Of a DNA stretch of 64,000 nt, positions 1 to 12,626 are shown piece by piece. The position numbers and the translations under genes are program-made. The stretch's first letter is position 1. Every line of letters begins with the position of its first letter. Source of the stretch: Sphaerodactylus townsendi (Eukaryota); contig NC_059432.1 in the NCBI RefSeq assembly GCF_021028975.2, positions 91,078,001 to 91,142,000 of the forward strand, given 5' to 3'. Under the pieces are notes generated by a model. That model had not been told where the DNA came from. It was given only the letters and a program-made list of their open reading frames with translations, and did no database searches.

Positions 1-2624
1 TTGGATTGAATGCGGTGTCCGTATCCAACAAGTATCCTTTGCCCTTAATTAAAGACCTCTTGGATGCATTGGGCAAAGGATCTTTACAGAATTGGACTTA
101 AGAGAGGCTTCATTACAGAGCCCATATTGCGGAAGGCTATGAACACTTGACAGCTTTCAATACAAAGTTTGGACAATATGAATATTTAATAATGCCATTC
201 GGGTTGCTTCTGGAATTTAGGAGCCTTCATGGCCCTTATCAACTAAGTTTTACAAGATCTGTTATACAAAGGGGTGGTCGTATATTTAGATAATGTATTA
301 ATTTACTCACAAAACATTGAGGAGCATGAGAAACTAGTACGAAGTCTTACAACGCCTACTAGATAACTCCCTCTTTGTCAAGTTGTCAAAATGCTGTTTC
401 CATCCCGGCTCCTCCATAGACTATCTGGGTTATCGAATCTCTCATGAAGGTTTGGAAATGGACCCGGCAAAAAATAGCGCCAGTAATTGAATGGCCTGCC
501 CCCCACCAACAGGAAGGAACTGCAATCCTTCCTAGGCTTTGCCAATTTCTATCGTGGACTTTATTCCCCGATTTGCTGAAATTGCCTTTACCCGCTCACC
601 CGATCTCCCTCATTACCAAAGGCAAAGACTTCGCAGGCTTCTAAACCCGAATACATTACTCTGGTCTCAAGAATGCCAGTCAGCATTCCAGCAGCTAAAA
701 CAGCTTTTACTACGGAACCAATTTTAAGGCACCCAGACCCAGATCTTCCTTTCATCGTGCATGTGGATCGTCCGGATAAAGGCGCTAGGCTGCCCTCTTG
801 CAGAAAAATAAAGATAACAAATTGGTACCGCGGTAGCTTACTTGTCCAAAAGTTTTCTGGGGCTGAACTAAATTGGACTGTGGGGATAAGGAGACCCAGC
901 GGGCTATCAAAGCTGCATTGAGTGTTTGGCGCCATTGGCTAGAAGGAATAAACACCCTTCCAGGTTTGGTCGGGTCACAAAATCTGGCTGCCCTGTCCAC
1001 ACCACTCAAAATGTCTGCAAAACAATTGCGTTGGGCGATTTTCTCCAGGTTCTCTTTCACAGTCCATTTCTTCCCTGGCAAAGCAACAAACTGGTTGATG
1101 CGCTGTCTCACTCCGGGGTATCGCTTCTGAGATATCCCGCGCACAGTTCTCTCTCCCCAGCTGGGATTAGCTGTCACCCGATCACAAACTTCGGCTCCTC
1201 CTCCGACCATCCCTAATATCGCCTCCCCTTCCTCCAGGGGATTCAAGAGGCGGAGGCTCATGAACTGTCGGCGGAGGAAGGAGATTCACAACTCGCGTTT
1301 AGAGGATGGTGTTTGGAAGCGGGGAGGAGGTGTTGGTACGTCCACTCTCTCTCGGAGGCAGGTTCTCGAAATATGTCATGATGCCCGGCCAGGCTGGAGC
1401 GCCGGGTTTTGAAAACGTTGCATCTGGCCGCGCGACAGTTCTGGTGAAGCTCCATGCGCCAAAGACATTGAAACATATATCAAAGGGTGTCGTCTGTCGC
1501 GGAAGCCAAGTCGATACCGGAAAGCATGGGTTATTAAAACCCTCCCAGTTGCATCTCGACCCTGGCAGGTCATTTCCATGGATTTTATAACCGATTTGCG
1601 GAAAAGCCGGGAACACTGTTTTATGGGTGGTGGTGGATCTTTTTTTCTAAACAGGCGATTTATTCCTTGCACCACCATCCCGTCGGCACCTAAACTGGCC
1701 GGTTGTTTATCCAACATATCTATCGCCTACACTCCTCTCCGACAAGGTGGTATCCGACCCGCGGTCCCAATTCATATCTAAGTTTTGGAAGGCTTTCCTG
1801 GAGCTGTTGGGAACCACCCAGCGTGCGCCCTACCACGTTCAAAGTGACGGCCAATCCAGACGGGCGAACAGAACGTTAGAACAGTATTTACGCGTTGTTA
1901 TACTAACTATCATCAGGACAATTGAGTGCGATTTACTTCCTTTTGCAGAGTATCGATATAACAATGCCATTCATAGTAGCAGCAAAAGACCCGTTCGAGA
2001 TTGTTTCTGGTCGGTCTTTTCCGTTATGGCTGCCTGCAGAGGTACTGCAACCTCCAGAATTCAAACAATGGATTTCTTAAGCTAGCCGAGGGTTGGAAAA
2101 CAGTGCAGTCTACCTTACAGCGGGCCAAAGAATCACAAAAGGTTCAGGCGGACAAGCGTCGCTCAGACTTCCTTTTCTGCGTGTTGGGGCGTGGGTCTAT
2201 TTGTCCACTAAAAACCTTAGAGACGTGCACAAATATTCAAAACTTGGCAAGAAATTTGTGGGCCCTTTTAGGATTACAAGGTGATCAATGATGTTACCTT
2301 TCGTTTGGAACTGCCTAACTCATTAAGTAACATTCACCCTGTCTTTCATTCCAGCTTGCTCAAGGAGGCTCCCGTTTCAGATGCCTGGCCGCGACCCTCG
2401 GGCCACCCCGCCAGTTATAATTGATGGCCAAGCACTTTGAAATAGATGCTATTCTGGACTCCACTTCTCCTTAATCGTCTACAGTATCTAGTTTCATGGG
2501 TTGGCTATCCCTCTGGCCATAATCAATGGGTATATACAGAAAATATTGATGCCCCCTCCCTCATTTCTGCTTTTCACAAAGCCTTTCCTGACAAACCGGG
2601 GGAGGTTTTCTTGGGGAAGCAGAG
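1..2624 (+). mobile_element. Ty3/gypsy chromovirus-type LTR retrotransposon, pol 3' portion (RT-RNaseH-integrase-chromodomain), frameshifted; runs off the 5' edge of the window
   Basis: Motifs in shifting frames: YPLPLIKDL, FNTKFGQYEYLIMPFG, VVYLDNVLIYS (YxDD to YLDN), EPILRHPDPDLPFIVHVD, SQFISKFWKAFLELLG, YHVQSDGQSRRANRTLEQYLR, LLPFAEYRYNNAIHSS, KLGKKFVGPFRI (GPY/F), LQYLVSWVGYPSGHNQWV...IDAPSLISAFH (chromodomain). A purine tract at ~2612-2624 resembles a PPT. Confidence 0.95.
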
Positions 2625-2924
2625 GGTAAGGATGGCAGTTCTGCCTGGTTCTCTCCCAGCCAGCTGACGTGGCAGATGCCAACCGGGCCAGAATCGTGAC
2701 AACAACCTTGGTGGACGGCTTATCTTGCTGTCCAAGATGAGCATTCCGTTCCCATGAGATGGGCCTGGATGGCCCAGGAGAGGAAGGGATTGATACGTTA
2801 TAACCTGTAGTTTGGGCGGGAGGTCTCATTCCTGTCATGTCGTGTGTGTGTGCTTTCTAAGATGTCTGAATAAACGGTCTTATATCCAAAAGCCTTTTAT
2901 TTCTGCTCTTTGGAATTCCTTACA
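2625..2924 (+). mobile_element. 3' LTR of the gypsy element (300 bp)
   Basis: Directly follows the PPT. Ends are (G)GTAAGGA and TCCTTACA, short inverted termini of TG...CA type with the first T changed. AATAAA at ~2869. Confidence 0.8.
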
Positions 2925-3020
2925 GGCGGATGGGGTTGAACTCTTTGCATTATGCTCTGCTGATGGCCCTCTCCTCCCCAAATCCCAGCTTTCAACCCCC
3001 ATATCTACAGGAATTTTCCA

Positions 3021-3452
3021 ACTCGGCTGGCCTCCACCCGGGCCAGGGCCTTTACAGCCCTGGCCCCTGCCTGGTGGAACGCTCTCCCACCAGCTGTCCA
3101 GGCCCTGCAGGATCTTGCCGAGTTCCACAGGGCCTGCAAGACTGAGCTGTTCCACCGGGCTTTTGGGGAAACTAGCTGTTGATAGGGGCCCCCTCCCTCC
3201 CTTCTTCTCCTTTCTCTTGTAACATCATGTGGATCCTACCACCCCTTCCCCCTTTGGGGTTTCTTCGAGGGAATCGATAGCAGGCGCCATCTTGAGTTAA
3301 TTAATTAATGCTGCATTTTAAATGGGGTAGGGTTTATTTTTACTAGAGCCGTATTAACCTATATTTATTGTGTTTTAATCTGATATTGTGCTCTATCTAT
3401 ATGTTGTTCACTGCCCTGAGCCCTCCGGGGGAGGGCGGTCTATAAACCCAAT
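3021..3452 (+). mobile_element. L2-clade LINE 3' fragment (ORF2 C-terminus plus 3' UTR)
   Basis: Reads RLASTRARAFTALAPAWWNALPPAV.AL.DL.EF..ACKTELFHRAFG. Near-identical to the copies at 13605-14150 and 36545-37005. Ends in a microsatellite tail. Confidence 0.85.
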
Positions 3453-3453
3453 C

Positions 3454-3504
<51 letters not shown>

Positions 3505-3510
3505 AATAAT
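3453..3510. repeat. (AAC)n(AAT)n microsatellite at the L2 tail
   Basis: Visible directly. Confidence 0.95.
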
Positions 3511-4158
3511 TCAGAGCTTGCAACCCAAGATCACCCAGTCAGCAGGTATTCTAACCTAGGTCTCCCAGATCCTTGTGTGACATTAGAACCAGCATGCCAC
3601 ACTAGCTCTTCCAGTGATGAAATCCCAGCGTTGCATGTCATTTGCCATTCTTTTGTAGGAAATATGCCCCGTGCTTGGGAAATATAGATTTGTAATACAG
3701 CTAAATGCGGCTTTTTTGCGGAAAGCTAAATTGCATGTTTTTGTTGTGGTTGCTTAGTACCAGCAAATTAATGTCATTGGAGTTGAGAATTTAAGTGCCA
3801 CTCTGCAAATTAAAGCCTACATTCTTTTTTTTTTCACTTTAGGACTGGAAGTAACAATGTTGAGTGAAGTTTTGTAATTAAAAGTAAAACAGAGGCCTGG
3901 GGATGATAGATGTGACCTGCAGCACCAGCATACTGAAAAGCCTGTGCAATTTTTCTTTGGCAAGGGGTAGCCTGTAGATTTATCATCGGGACAGCGAACA
4001 TATTCACATGGGATGTGGGTGGAGAAAGCAATTAAATACAGACCTTGGTTGACAGTGCTTGTCACAGAGAAGCATATGAATATCCTTACATGAATTTTAA
4101 ATTAAAATCTTGTCTTCATTGTCCTTTTGAGCAACTTCATGTTCATTTTTATAAGCAG

Positions 4159-4207
4159 AGCAGTGAAATCAACGATAGATAGGTTCCCCTGAATTCAGTA
4201 TATGAAG
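4159..4207 (+). pseudogene. Candidate exon P1, (R)AVKSTIDRFP*IQYMK, with in-frame TGA at 4190-4192
   Basis: Acceptor tttttataagcag, donor AAG|gtattc. Its phase-0 end fits P2. Every frame contains a stop. Confidence 0.25.
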
Positions 4208-4605
4208 GTATTCTTGGTATGAAGATAAAGTGGTCTGAATGGTTGCTTCAGCAGAAATATGATGAAAGCACTAACTGGTAATCTCACGTTCTCCATTTTA
4301 TCAGGGACTGTGGCTAACCTGGTCATCTCTGACTGCCTAAACTGTACTGTTCTGGAGTTTGAACTGGGGGACAGGATTAATGACCAGCTAACAGTCGGAA
4401 GGAGCGGAAAACATTTGTTTTTCTTCCACAAAAATTTAGAAGCATTAACCTAGGCATAAATGGCATAAATATTTGAAAACACTGGCTCATTAGGAACGCT
4501 AATGTGCATAATAACCACACTTTTCAAGTTTATTACTGTACTCACTACCCCAGATGGCTGCAAAACTGTAGCACAATTGTCTATTGTGTTTATCCTCTCT
4601 GCCAG

Positions 4606-4646
4606 GCTAACAAAAGAATGTTAACATTCTGGCTAGCCATTACACG
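4606..4646 (+). CDS. Candidate exon P2, ANKRMLTFWLAIT(R), of an unidentified plus-strand transcript
   Basis: Acceptor tatcctctctgccag, donor CG|gtacat. Only phase 0 is open. Confidence 0.3.
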
Positions 4647-5224
4647 GTACATATGTTAATTGTGTAAATGACTTTATTGCGCTTCCAGATTGCGCAAATC
4701 AAGACAAGTTGTGTGTTCTCCTTGTGTATGAGAGAAAGTGTTTTCTGAATGGATATTTCTACACTGCTACAGAGCAGCTTGTTTTTGTAGAGTTTTTTTG
4801 TCTCATCTTTTCTTTTTGGAAACATAAGTTCCAGTCCATCTCTTTGCTACAACTGAACTGTAAACGCTTATGCTCTTGCCACCTTCATGCCAGGAGCTTT
4901 GAGAGGAGGAGTTTCAAAAGGTGAATCAAACGGTGAGAATGCAAACCCTTGGCAAGGGAAGATACATCTGCACCAGGTTATTAAAGCAGGTTTCAACATC
5001 ATTATATGACCAAGCCAGGCATTACAGCAGTCATGTGTCAAATCTGTGACTGTTGACATCATTTGAGAGAAGAATTTAGCCATTGAAAAGGTGCTGTGAA
5101 GGCCCGAAGAGCTGGGTCTTCAGCGCAGCAAAACTAGGCAATCATGATCCTCCTGTGGTGTCTCAGCAAGCCCCCATGCAAAGTTATCAGGTGTCCCCGG
5201 GTCCACAGCAGCAGATGAATGGGA

Positions 5225-5400
5225 AGGGTTGCAACCAGGTAGGGAAACTCCTGGAAATTTGGGGGTGGAACCTGGGGAGGACAGGGATCTCAGTGGGGTA
5301 CAATATCATAGAGTCCAACCTCCAAAACATCCATTTTCTCCAGGGGAACTGATCTCTGTAGTCTGGAGTTGAGCTGTAACTCTTGGGGAACCTCAGGTGG
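5225..5400. mobile_element. Non-autonomous DNA-transposon fragment (probably hAT-derived, AGGGTTGC-type end); related piece at ~18959-19045
   Basis: Start AGGGTTGCAACCAGG resembles TAGAGCTGCCAACCTCCAGG at 18959. The family assignment is from recall. Confidence 0.45.
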
Positions 5401-5934
5401 TGCCCTATTCCATGGCTAATGTTCCTTGTAAGCCACTCAGCTGCTCAGATACTGTATTGGGGCCATGCAGATTGGGCAGCTCTGTGCAGTTCTCTACTAC
5501 GGTTAGTGGGACTATTGCCCATGGCTGTTTCAGTAGTTGAAAAAATGGTGGGGGGTGGGGCGGGCTGTAGCATCAGGCCTGCCATTGTCAGTAATTCAAC
5601 CAAGCACTTCTAGGTTTGGTCACGCTGTTTTTTAAAAGCAAAGTAAAGATTTATTTTATAAAAATCAGAAAGATGTTTAAAAATCAATGAAAGTAATACA
5701 GTTTGTCAGTGACAGGATACACAGAAAATAACAATGCTAATTCCCTAAATATTTACTGAAATCCTACACAGCACAGTTGTTTCTTAAGGCTTAAGGTTTT
5801 AGAGCTGAGGCAAGTTTCTGTGTGTCAGCAAGGTGGGGGAAGGAGGGGGAAAGGGAGTGACCAACTGGGTTTTTTGGATCCTCTTATGGAAAATGCTGGC
5901 CACGGTCTGATGTCCCATCACAACGCCTGGGGTT

Positions 5935-6682
5935 TTTTTTATATAATTTTTATTGTATAGAATATTGTTATATTTGTTACATTCAATGTATTTATTCAAA
6001 CTATACATTTTTCCTTTTTCTCCCCCCTCCCCCTTCTTTTCCTTGGTTATTCAAGCAAGCAGCAGAAGGTTCATTCTTCTTATTCTCTTGTTCCATAGCT
6101 CTTCGTTAAATCCGGCTTCTTCCATCCATTTCTCATACAATGTCCATAATTTCATAATATCTTCTAATTTCTCTTGCCATAGTATATTTTTTGCCAGTCT
6201 CTCAAAAATTTCTAGCTGTATCTGTTCCCACATATATTCTAGCCATTTTGAGACTATCCATTTTCTTGTTATCTTTCCAATAGCGCTAACACTGCATGTG
6301 CTGCTCTAATCATTATTTTATACATTGGTTCCAAAGTTCTATTTACTCTTATATCATCTGTTATTCCCACTATTAATAAATCATTGTTTACATCAATTTT
6401 TACTTTTACTAACTGTTCTACATACTTCAAAATGTTTTCCCAAAACTTTTTTACCACTTAACATTCTATCCACATATGAATATAATATGCTCCCTGTTCT
6501 CCACAGTGTCAACATTTTGGGCTTAATCCCTTAATCATATGGGCTAGCTGTATTGGGGTTCTATACCATTTGAGTATCACCTTTCTTTCTAATTCCACAT
6601 ATTTTTCAATCTTTATCTTCATCATGCTATCAATAATTATTTCTATTTTTTCTACTTCCAAGAAATTTTCTTTCTCCCATTT
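5935..6682 (-). mobile_element. 5'-truncated L1-clade LINE (ORF2 C-terminal CCHC region, 3' UTR, poly-A) with a 15-bp TSD
   Basis: Minus strand reads KVILKWYRTPIQLAHMIKGLSPKC*HCGEQG...KKFWENILKYVEQL. T-run at 5933-5940. The direct repeat ACAACGCCTGGGGTT lies at 5920-5934 and 6683-6697. Confidence 0.9.
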
Positions 6683-6900
6683 ACAACGCCTGGGGTTGAC
6701 CACATAGAATCTTCCAGGTTTTGAGCAATTTGCCCCCTCCCAACTGAATGAGCAGATTACCCCTCCCAATTACAAGTTCTCATCTGCAATGAACAATTTA
6801 ATTAAAGAAGCCTAGGAACTCATTCTTTCAATAAGTGGTATTTGTGGGGTGAAACACACTCTGCACCTGGCAGAGACTCAGACTAACTGAACCTGAAAAT

Positions 6901-7142
6901 TTGGGTGCTGTGTGGTTTCCGGGCTGTATGGCCGTGTTCTAGCAGCATTCTCTCCTGACGTTTCACCTGCATCTGTGGCTGGCATCTTCAGAGGATCATG
7001 ATCATGATTATGATCCTCTGAAGATGCCAGCCACAGATGCAGGCGAAACGTCAGGAGAGAATGCTGCTAGAACACGGCCATACAGCCCGGAAACCACACA
7101 GCACCCAAGTGATTCCGGCTGTGAAAGCCTTCGACAATACAT
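6901..7142. mobile_element. Penelope-like element remnant: inverted pseudo-LTR pair with a 12-bp TSD
   Basis: 6901-~6997 is the near-perfect reverse complement of ~7012-7108, followed by the tail GTGATTCCGGCTGTGAAAGCCTTCGACAATACA. TGAACCTGAAAA occurs at 6888-6899 and 7143-7154. Confidence 0.9.
7014..7056 (+). ncRNA. Minimal type I hammerhead ribozyme; mirror copy on the minus strand at ~6953-6995
   Basis: Stem I TCCT (7014-17) pairs with AGGA (7053-56). Core CTGAAGA at 7018-24. Stem II GCCAGC/GCAGGC. GAAA at 7045-48, palindromic ACGT stem III, GTC cleavage triplet at 7050-52. Confidence 0.8.
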
Positions 7143-7499
7143 TGAACCTGAAAAATTCTTCCAAGATGGTCGCTCTCTTAATACTCCTTCCAAAAGCTAG
7201 AATGTATGGCCAGTGTCAAAATTGCAGCTTTCTATAAAATAAGTACGCAGTTGAACATTGTATCTTAACCAAGCAACTAAACAACTACTCAAGTACACAC
7301 AAATGAGATAGCAGTTATACAATTAGCAGCACCTGAAAAAAAAACCCAGAAATACCACAGAAGCAAACTACCAGAAAATTCATTTGCTGTTGCGAGCATC
7401 GACAACCACATGCTCCCTTCTTTATAATGGGGAACCTCAAACTAAAAATCTTGCAAGCTTACAGCCCATTTCAGAACTCGGGTGTTGTTATACTTCAAC

Positions 7500-8290
7500 T
7501 TATTCAAGAAGGCTGAGGGTTTATGATCTGCCAGTAGAAAAAAAACTTGATCCCAATGAGATAAGGATGCAATTTGTTGATGGACCAGACTATAGCAAGA
7601 CACTCTTTCTCAATAACAGAATAGACTGTCTCCCTTGGCAACAACTTTATGCTAAGGAAAGTAATAGAATGCAATGCTTGATCATTGGTTCTCTGAGCCA
7701 AAACAGCACCAAGATTGCACTCATTTGAATCTGTCTTCAGAAAAAATGATTGGTAAAAATCCAGAGCAATAAGGACAGGCACCTGTAGAGGCTTTCTCCT
7801 GATCAAATCAAAGTTTGACACTCTGAAGTCTATTCCACTTTAACAGGTGTCTTGCTTTTGCTTAAATCAGTGAGTGGAGTTACTGTTTTACTCAAAATTG
7901 GAACAAATCTGGGGAAGCTTTGAACCTGCTTCTTGCTGGTAGGCACAGGACATTCCTGGATGTTCGCTGCTTTGGCCTCCATTGGTCTTAATTTTGCTAC
8001 TACCCACTCTTATGACCCAAGTAGGTTACATCATTGCACTGAAATTGGCACTTTTGTGCTCTGAAATAAGAAGTTTTGCAACAAAATATGCCGATGCTGT
8101 AACTGCTCTTCCTAGGTAGCTGACATGATAGATATATCCTGGTAAGCAGAAGCAAAAGGAAGTCCATCCAAGACTTTATCCATAAGTCTTTGGAAAGTTT
8201 TAATGACCCCATTTAATCCAAATGACATGGTGAGGATGAACTGATAATGTCCTTAGGGGTTAACGATGGCAGTTTGAAACTTCAGGGGTC
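7500..8290 (-). mobile_element. Old, degraded Ty3/gypsy pol fragment (RT-RNaseH)
   Basis: Reads LTMSFGLNG, AQKCQFQCNDVTYLGH and KTDSNECNLGAVLAQ...ITFLSIKLLPRETVYSVIEKECLAIVWSINKLHPYLIG. Confidence 0.9.
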
Positions 8291-9886
8291 AAAGGTTCTT
8301 GGTTATACTTTCTTTTTATGCACAAAATGAAGATGTTCCATCATATGTATGGTTGAGGGTAGGTACAGAAAAAGCTCTAACCTGCCTCCCTTCTCCTCCT
8401 CTGGAAGTTGGCCTTTCCTGTTAGATAATGGGACAGCTGCCGAATGAAAGCATCCTTTCCCCTAGATTTTTTAAAATCATATCAGGGCCAATTGCATGGA
8501 AGTAATTATTTATAGAAGATTTTAATTGTATACTGTAGTTTTAAATTGTGTAGTGTATTGTTGGAAGCCACCTGAACTTGCTTGCTGGGGGTGTGCAAAG
8601 TATAAATAAAATTTCTATTCTATTTAGTTTCTTATACACATGAATATCTTCTAGCCCTGAACCAATGCTCCCGTCCTGGAGCCTTATCTTCACTTTTGTG
8701 TAGTTGGACATTCTTACAATTCTCAGTTACTTCTGCACCTGGCCCTAAACAAATCACATCTGCTGCTAATAGGTTAGATAGCTTCCACTCTATAGAAGGC
8801 CATATCATTATTTTGTTACTTTGTATCTCTCTTAGTGATCTTCAAGGTCTCTAGATTTCCTTCTTAGCATTCTTCCCTTCTGAGTGGCATAAGTTCATTG
8901 CCCCCAGCTGAGGGCTTTCCAGAGATGGGGAGGGTTTTTGATGTTTTCTCCCTCCCTGTGCCTCTGGAAATCCCTCTGGAGATAGTGGGATAAATCCCTT
9001 TGGAGATAGTGGAGATAGGAGATCTCTCTGGAAATCTCTCCACTGTCTGGATCAGGCTGTAAATTCACAGACTGTAATTAATGACCATTTTTGCCAGCTT
9101 TAGCTGGCATAAAGAGCTCTTCTGAAGCTGAATGATTTCATGTTTGCTAATTGAGAGAAGAAATGAATAAAATGCCAATCAGAATGAAGGACCTCCTTAA
9201 TGAGGTACTTTGTAAATCAATCTAGACACTATTGTCCCAAGTTTTCTAGTCTTCCACTGAATATATCTATCCCCTAAAGAGGCATTGGGTAATACTGTTG
9301 ACTTTTATGCCATATTATTTGAATTAAAGGGGCAGTGTATTTTTAAATGTTTAGAATTACAAGTAAGTTGGAGGACTGTGAGAAACCATTGGGGCAAATT
9401 AAAAATCAGGTACATGGATTCATCTAATATTGTAGCTAGTGATATGTGACTTATAGACTCTAATCCTGAAGAGGTCAGGCTGTGGACATGATAAACAAAA
9501 TACAGACTGACTCTGACTACCGGTATGTGTTTTGTTAATTGTTGCTTTAATTGCTTATATGTCTGAATGATTTTGTTCTAATGCTTTTTGTTCTAATGGG
9601 AACACTCAATTTGAATGGAGAGGTTACATACAGTGCTTTTAAATGAAATTAGAGATCTCTGACAGAATCTCATCTGATATGTGGTGAGCTACCTCAAGAG
9701 GTGATTGCAAGAAGATAGTGACCTTCCTAAGAAATCCTGAGCAAATCTTATTTTAATCATGGTTGGCTTGATAATGTTGCTAATTTTTGTGTGTATATGG
9801 TTGGGAAGATGTTAATGTAACAGAGGGCAGGACATTTAAATGACATTTGAGCCAATTCTAGTGCCCATCGTTGAAATTTCATTGCA

Positions 9887-9972
9887 TATATTCTGAAATT
9901 ATATAGCCTGCATTTTTTTACAGTTCATATTCATAAGGACTGGCTGATATGTATTTCAAAGCAGGATAAATC
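9887..9972 (+). repeat. Copy 1 of an ~85-bp diverged direct repeat; copy 2 at 14248-14337
   Basis: TATATTCTGAAATTATATA.CCTG...TTCATA.TCATAAGGACTG.CTGAT.TGTATTTCAAAGCAGGATAAATC is present at both sites. Confidence 0.9.
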
Positions 9973-12485
9973 TGTAAGTCCTTATGCTTGCTCTGCCTGG
10001 CTGAGGGCTATAATGTCAGGACATGTAAAGGGTACACATAGAACACTTTAATTCTACAGACCACTAATTATTTGGCAATCATGTCCTCTTCCCAATTGTC
10101 TTTATGGAAGCAAATGTTTGTCTGGGTGGACTTATTACCTGATGGCAGTGGTGCAGCGACAAGACAGGTATGCTTGTTTAGTTTATTATGGCCACAATGC
10201 CAGCAAGAAGAAAAGAAACAAGAATTCAAATTGTACATATATACAGCAATCCATGGCAAAAGAAACCTCAACTTACAACATTATTGCAGTCTCTGTCAAC
10301 TAATACTGCTTCCTGTCTTAACATTGATCCATCTTATTATATGCTAACACATAAAATTTAGCTACCTGCAAAGATATACAGTGGAACCCTGTCTTCCAAT
10401 ACAATTCTTGTAAGAGCTAAGTCAGGGTCACCTGCAATTGAATTAGAATAGCAAATTAACAACGGTTTAATTATGTGGAGCTCACAATGCAGTAGGGCAA
10501 CACAGATGTGTGATGCAGTACAGTTATCGAAACAGTAAATTAATGCCATCAAGCACGTTGCTGAAATGCCAGGAAAAGCAATGGCTATATCAATAGTGCT
10601 GCAATGGCATGCCTGGTTGCTGTCCATGGTGCTACCATTAGAAACAAGATCCAAAGAATAAACAAACTGAAATCTTTGGGTGTGTTACTATCCACTTCTG
10701 CGAGTTACAAGCAGCAGTCTTCCTATCAAAGATGGCAGCCTTACAGGAGAGATCAGAAGCCTTATCAGTATCCTCTCTGTGATTTCAAACAGCACAGAGG
10801 GCTACAGCATCAATAATATGGAAAGGGTCGTCCAAAAGGAGGACAAGTGAGGGATCCAAATAAGTTTACTTTATGATGAAATGATAGGGTTTTGGTCCAA
10901 AAGTTATGGTTTCATTTCAGGTTGTCTGGTTATGCTGCTCATTGGCTGTTAACAGTGTTTTACCAGAGTTGAAAAAATAAGTTGATGAATTATTGTTCAA
11001 AGGTGCCCGACAGGAAGTTTTAGATCTGAATCAACCTCAAGGGCTTCATCCATATTTCTTCTTAGTAAAAAAAAGGATGGAGGCAACCACCCCATTTTAG
11101 ACTTAAGGGATTTGAATACATTTTTGTATGTATCAAAATTTCATATGGTATCACTGCAAATGGTTTTACAGCTTTTATCATGTCTTTCCCGGTTTGCGGT
11201 CCTGAACTTAAAGGATGCTTGCTCCCATGTGGTATTCATGAAAGCTCTTGTGGGGATATGCATGGATGTGATTGATTCACCAAAAATAATTTACCCCGAA
11301 TATGGCTGCTATTATGAGAATCCTATCTGATGAAGATTAATCGAAAACGGCATTCCATTCATCCTGTGCAGACAGGTTTGCGAGATTCTCTAATACTACA
11401 TAGGTTTGCAGGGAAGGTATTCCATTATACTGTTTTGCCATTTGGTTTAGCAACAGTATCAAGCATGTTCACAAAATGTACGGCCCCTGCGGTGGCTTTT
11501 TTAAGGTTGCCAGGCTGTATCATTTATCCTATTTGGATGACTGGTTAATTGTTGCCCCTTCCAGAGAACAACTTTGTGAAAATATCAATATGGTGTTACC
11601 AACTTGGAAGGAGTTGGGTCTGTATGTTAATTGGAAGAAATCAAAATTGGAACCAGATCAGTCTGTACAGTTTATAGGATGCTTTGGTGGGAAAGGCATT
11701 TTTGCAAAAATATAGGCTAGAGAGAATATCCTCATTGACCTGACATTTCTTGCAATATAGGTATCAAGAGGCAAAACAAGTTCAGAAGCTGTTAGGTCTA
11801 CCGGCATCAACAATAGCCATGTCTCCTTAGGCAACACTCTTTATGAGGCACTGACAATTGTGGTTTATAGATACATTTAGACCTATGATACATTCTCCTT
11901 CCATTAAATTTATGATACCAAGGGACGTGGCTAGGTCACTTCAGAAATAGTCTGATGAATCTTTCCTTCTTGAGGGAGTCCAGTTTGGAGTCAGGGCACA
12001 TGATTTAGTAGTTACATCTGATGCTTCATTACAAGGTTGGGGGGATCTTTGACTACAACATGCTGTGCTAGGAATGTGGACAGAGGAGGAGAAAAATGCA
12101 TATAAATGTTCTGGAACTTCAAGCAGTTAAATATACCCTAATCTGTTTCTCAGACATCTTAAAGGATAAAACAGTGCCGATACAGATGGACAATATGGCT
12201 GCAATGTACCAGCTCAACAAGCAAAGAGGCACTGGCTCTCGGCTCTTGTGTTCAGAGGAGCAAATGTGAAGGCAGCACAGTTCTGTTCATTAATGGGGAG
12301 ACAATAGGGATCGTTAGGCAATGCATTCCAGATATCTTGGGAAGGGATGTTGTTAGACTTTCCTTCCTCTGCCATTAACAAGATGAGTGCTAGCAAAAGC
12401 CATGGGAGACAGATCTGATTTAATGTTGGTAACACCATTTGGGCTCATCAAATATGGTTTCCAACTGTGTGAGGTCCTTCTCATT

Positions 12486-12626
12486 GGCCCCTTCCGCACA
12501 TGCAAAATAATGCATTTTCAAACCACTTTCACAACTGTTTGCAAGTAGATTTTGCTATTCCGCACAGCTTCAAAGAGCACTGACAGCAGTTTGAAAGTGC
12601 ATTATTCTGCATGTGCAGAATGAGCC
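12486..12626. mobile_element. 141-bp PIF/Harbinger-like MITE, copy 1, inserted in the DIRS
   Basis: TIRs GGCCCCTTCCGCACATGCAAAATAATGCA and TGCATTATTCTGCATGTGCAGAATGAGCC. 3-bp TSD ATT. Confidence 0.9.

Noticed and set aside
3388-3687. Poly-Asn ORF; likewise the poly-V and poly-L ORFs at 32990-33248
   Set aside because: These are microsatellite translations at LINE ends.
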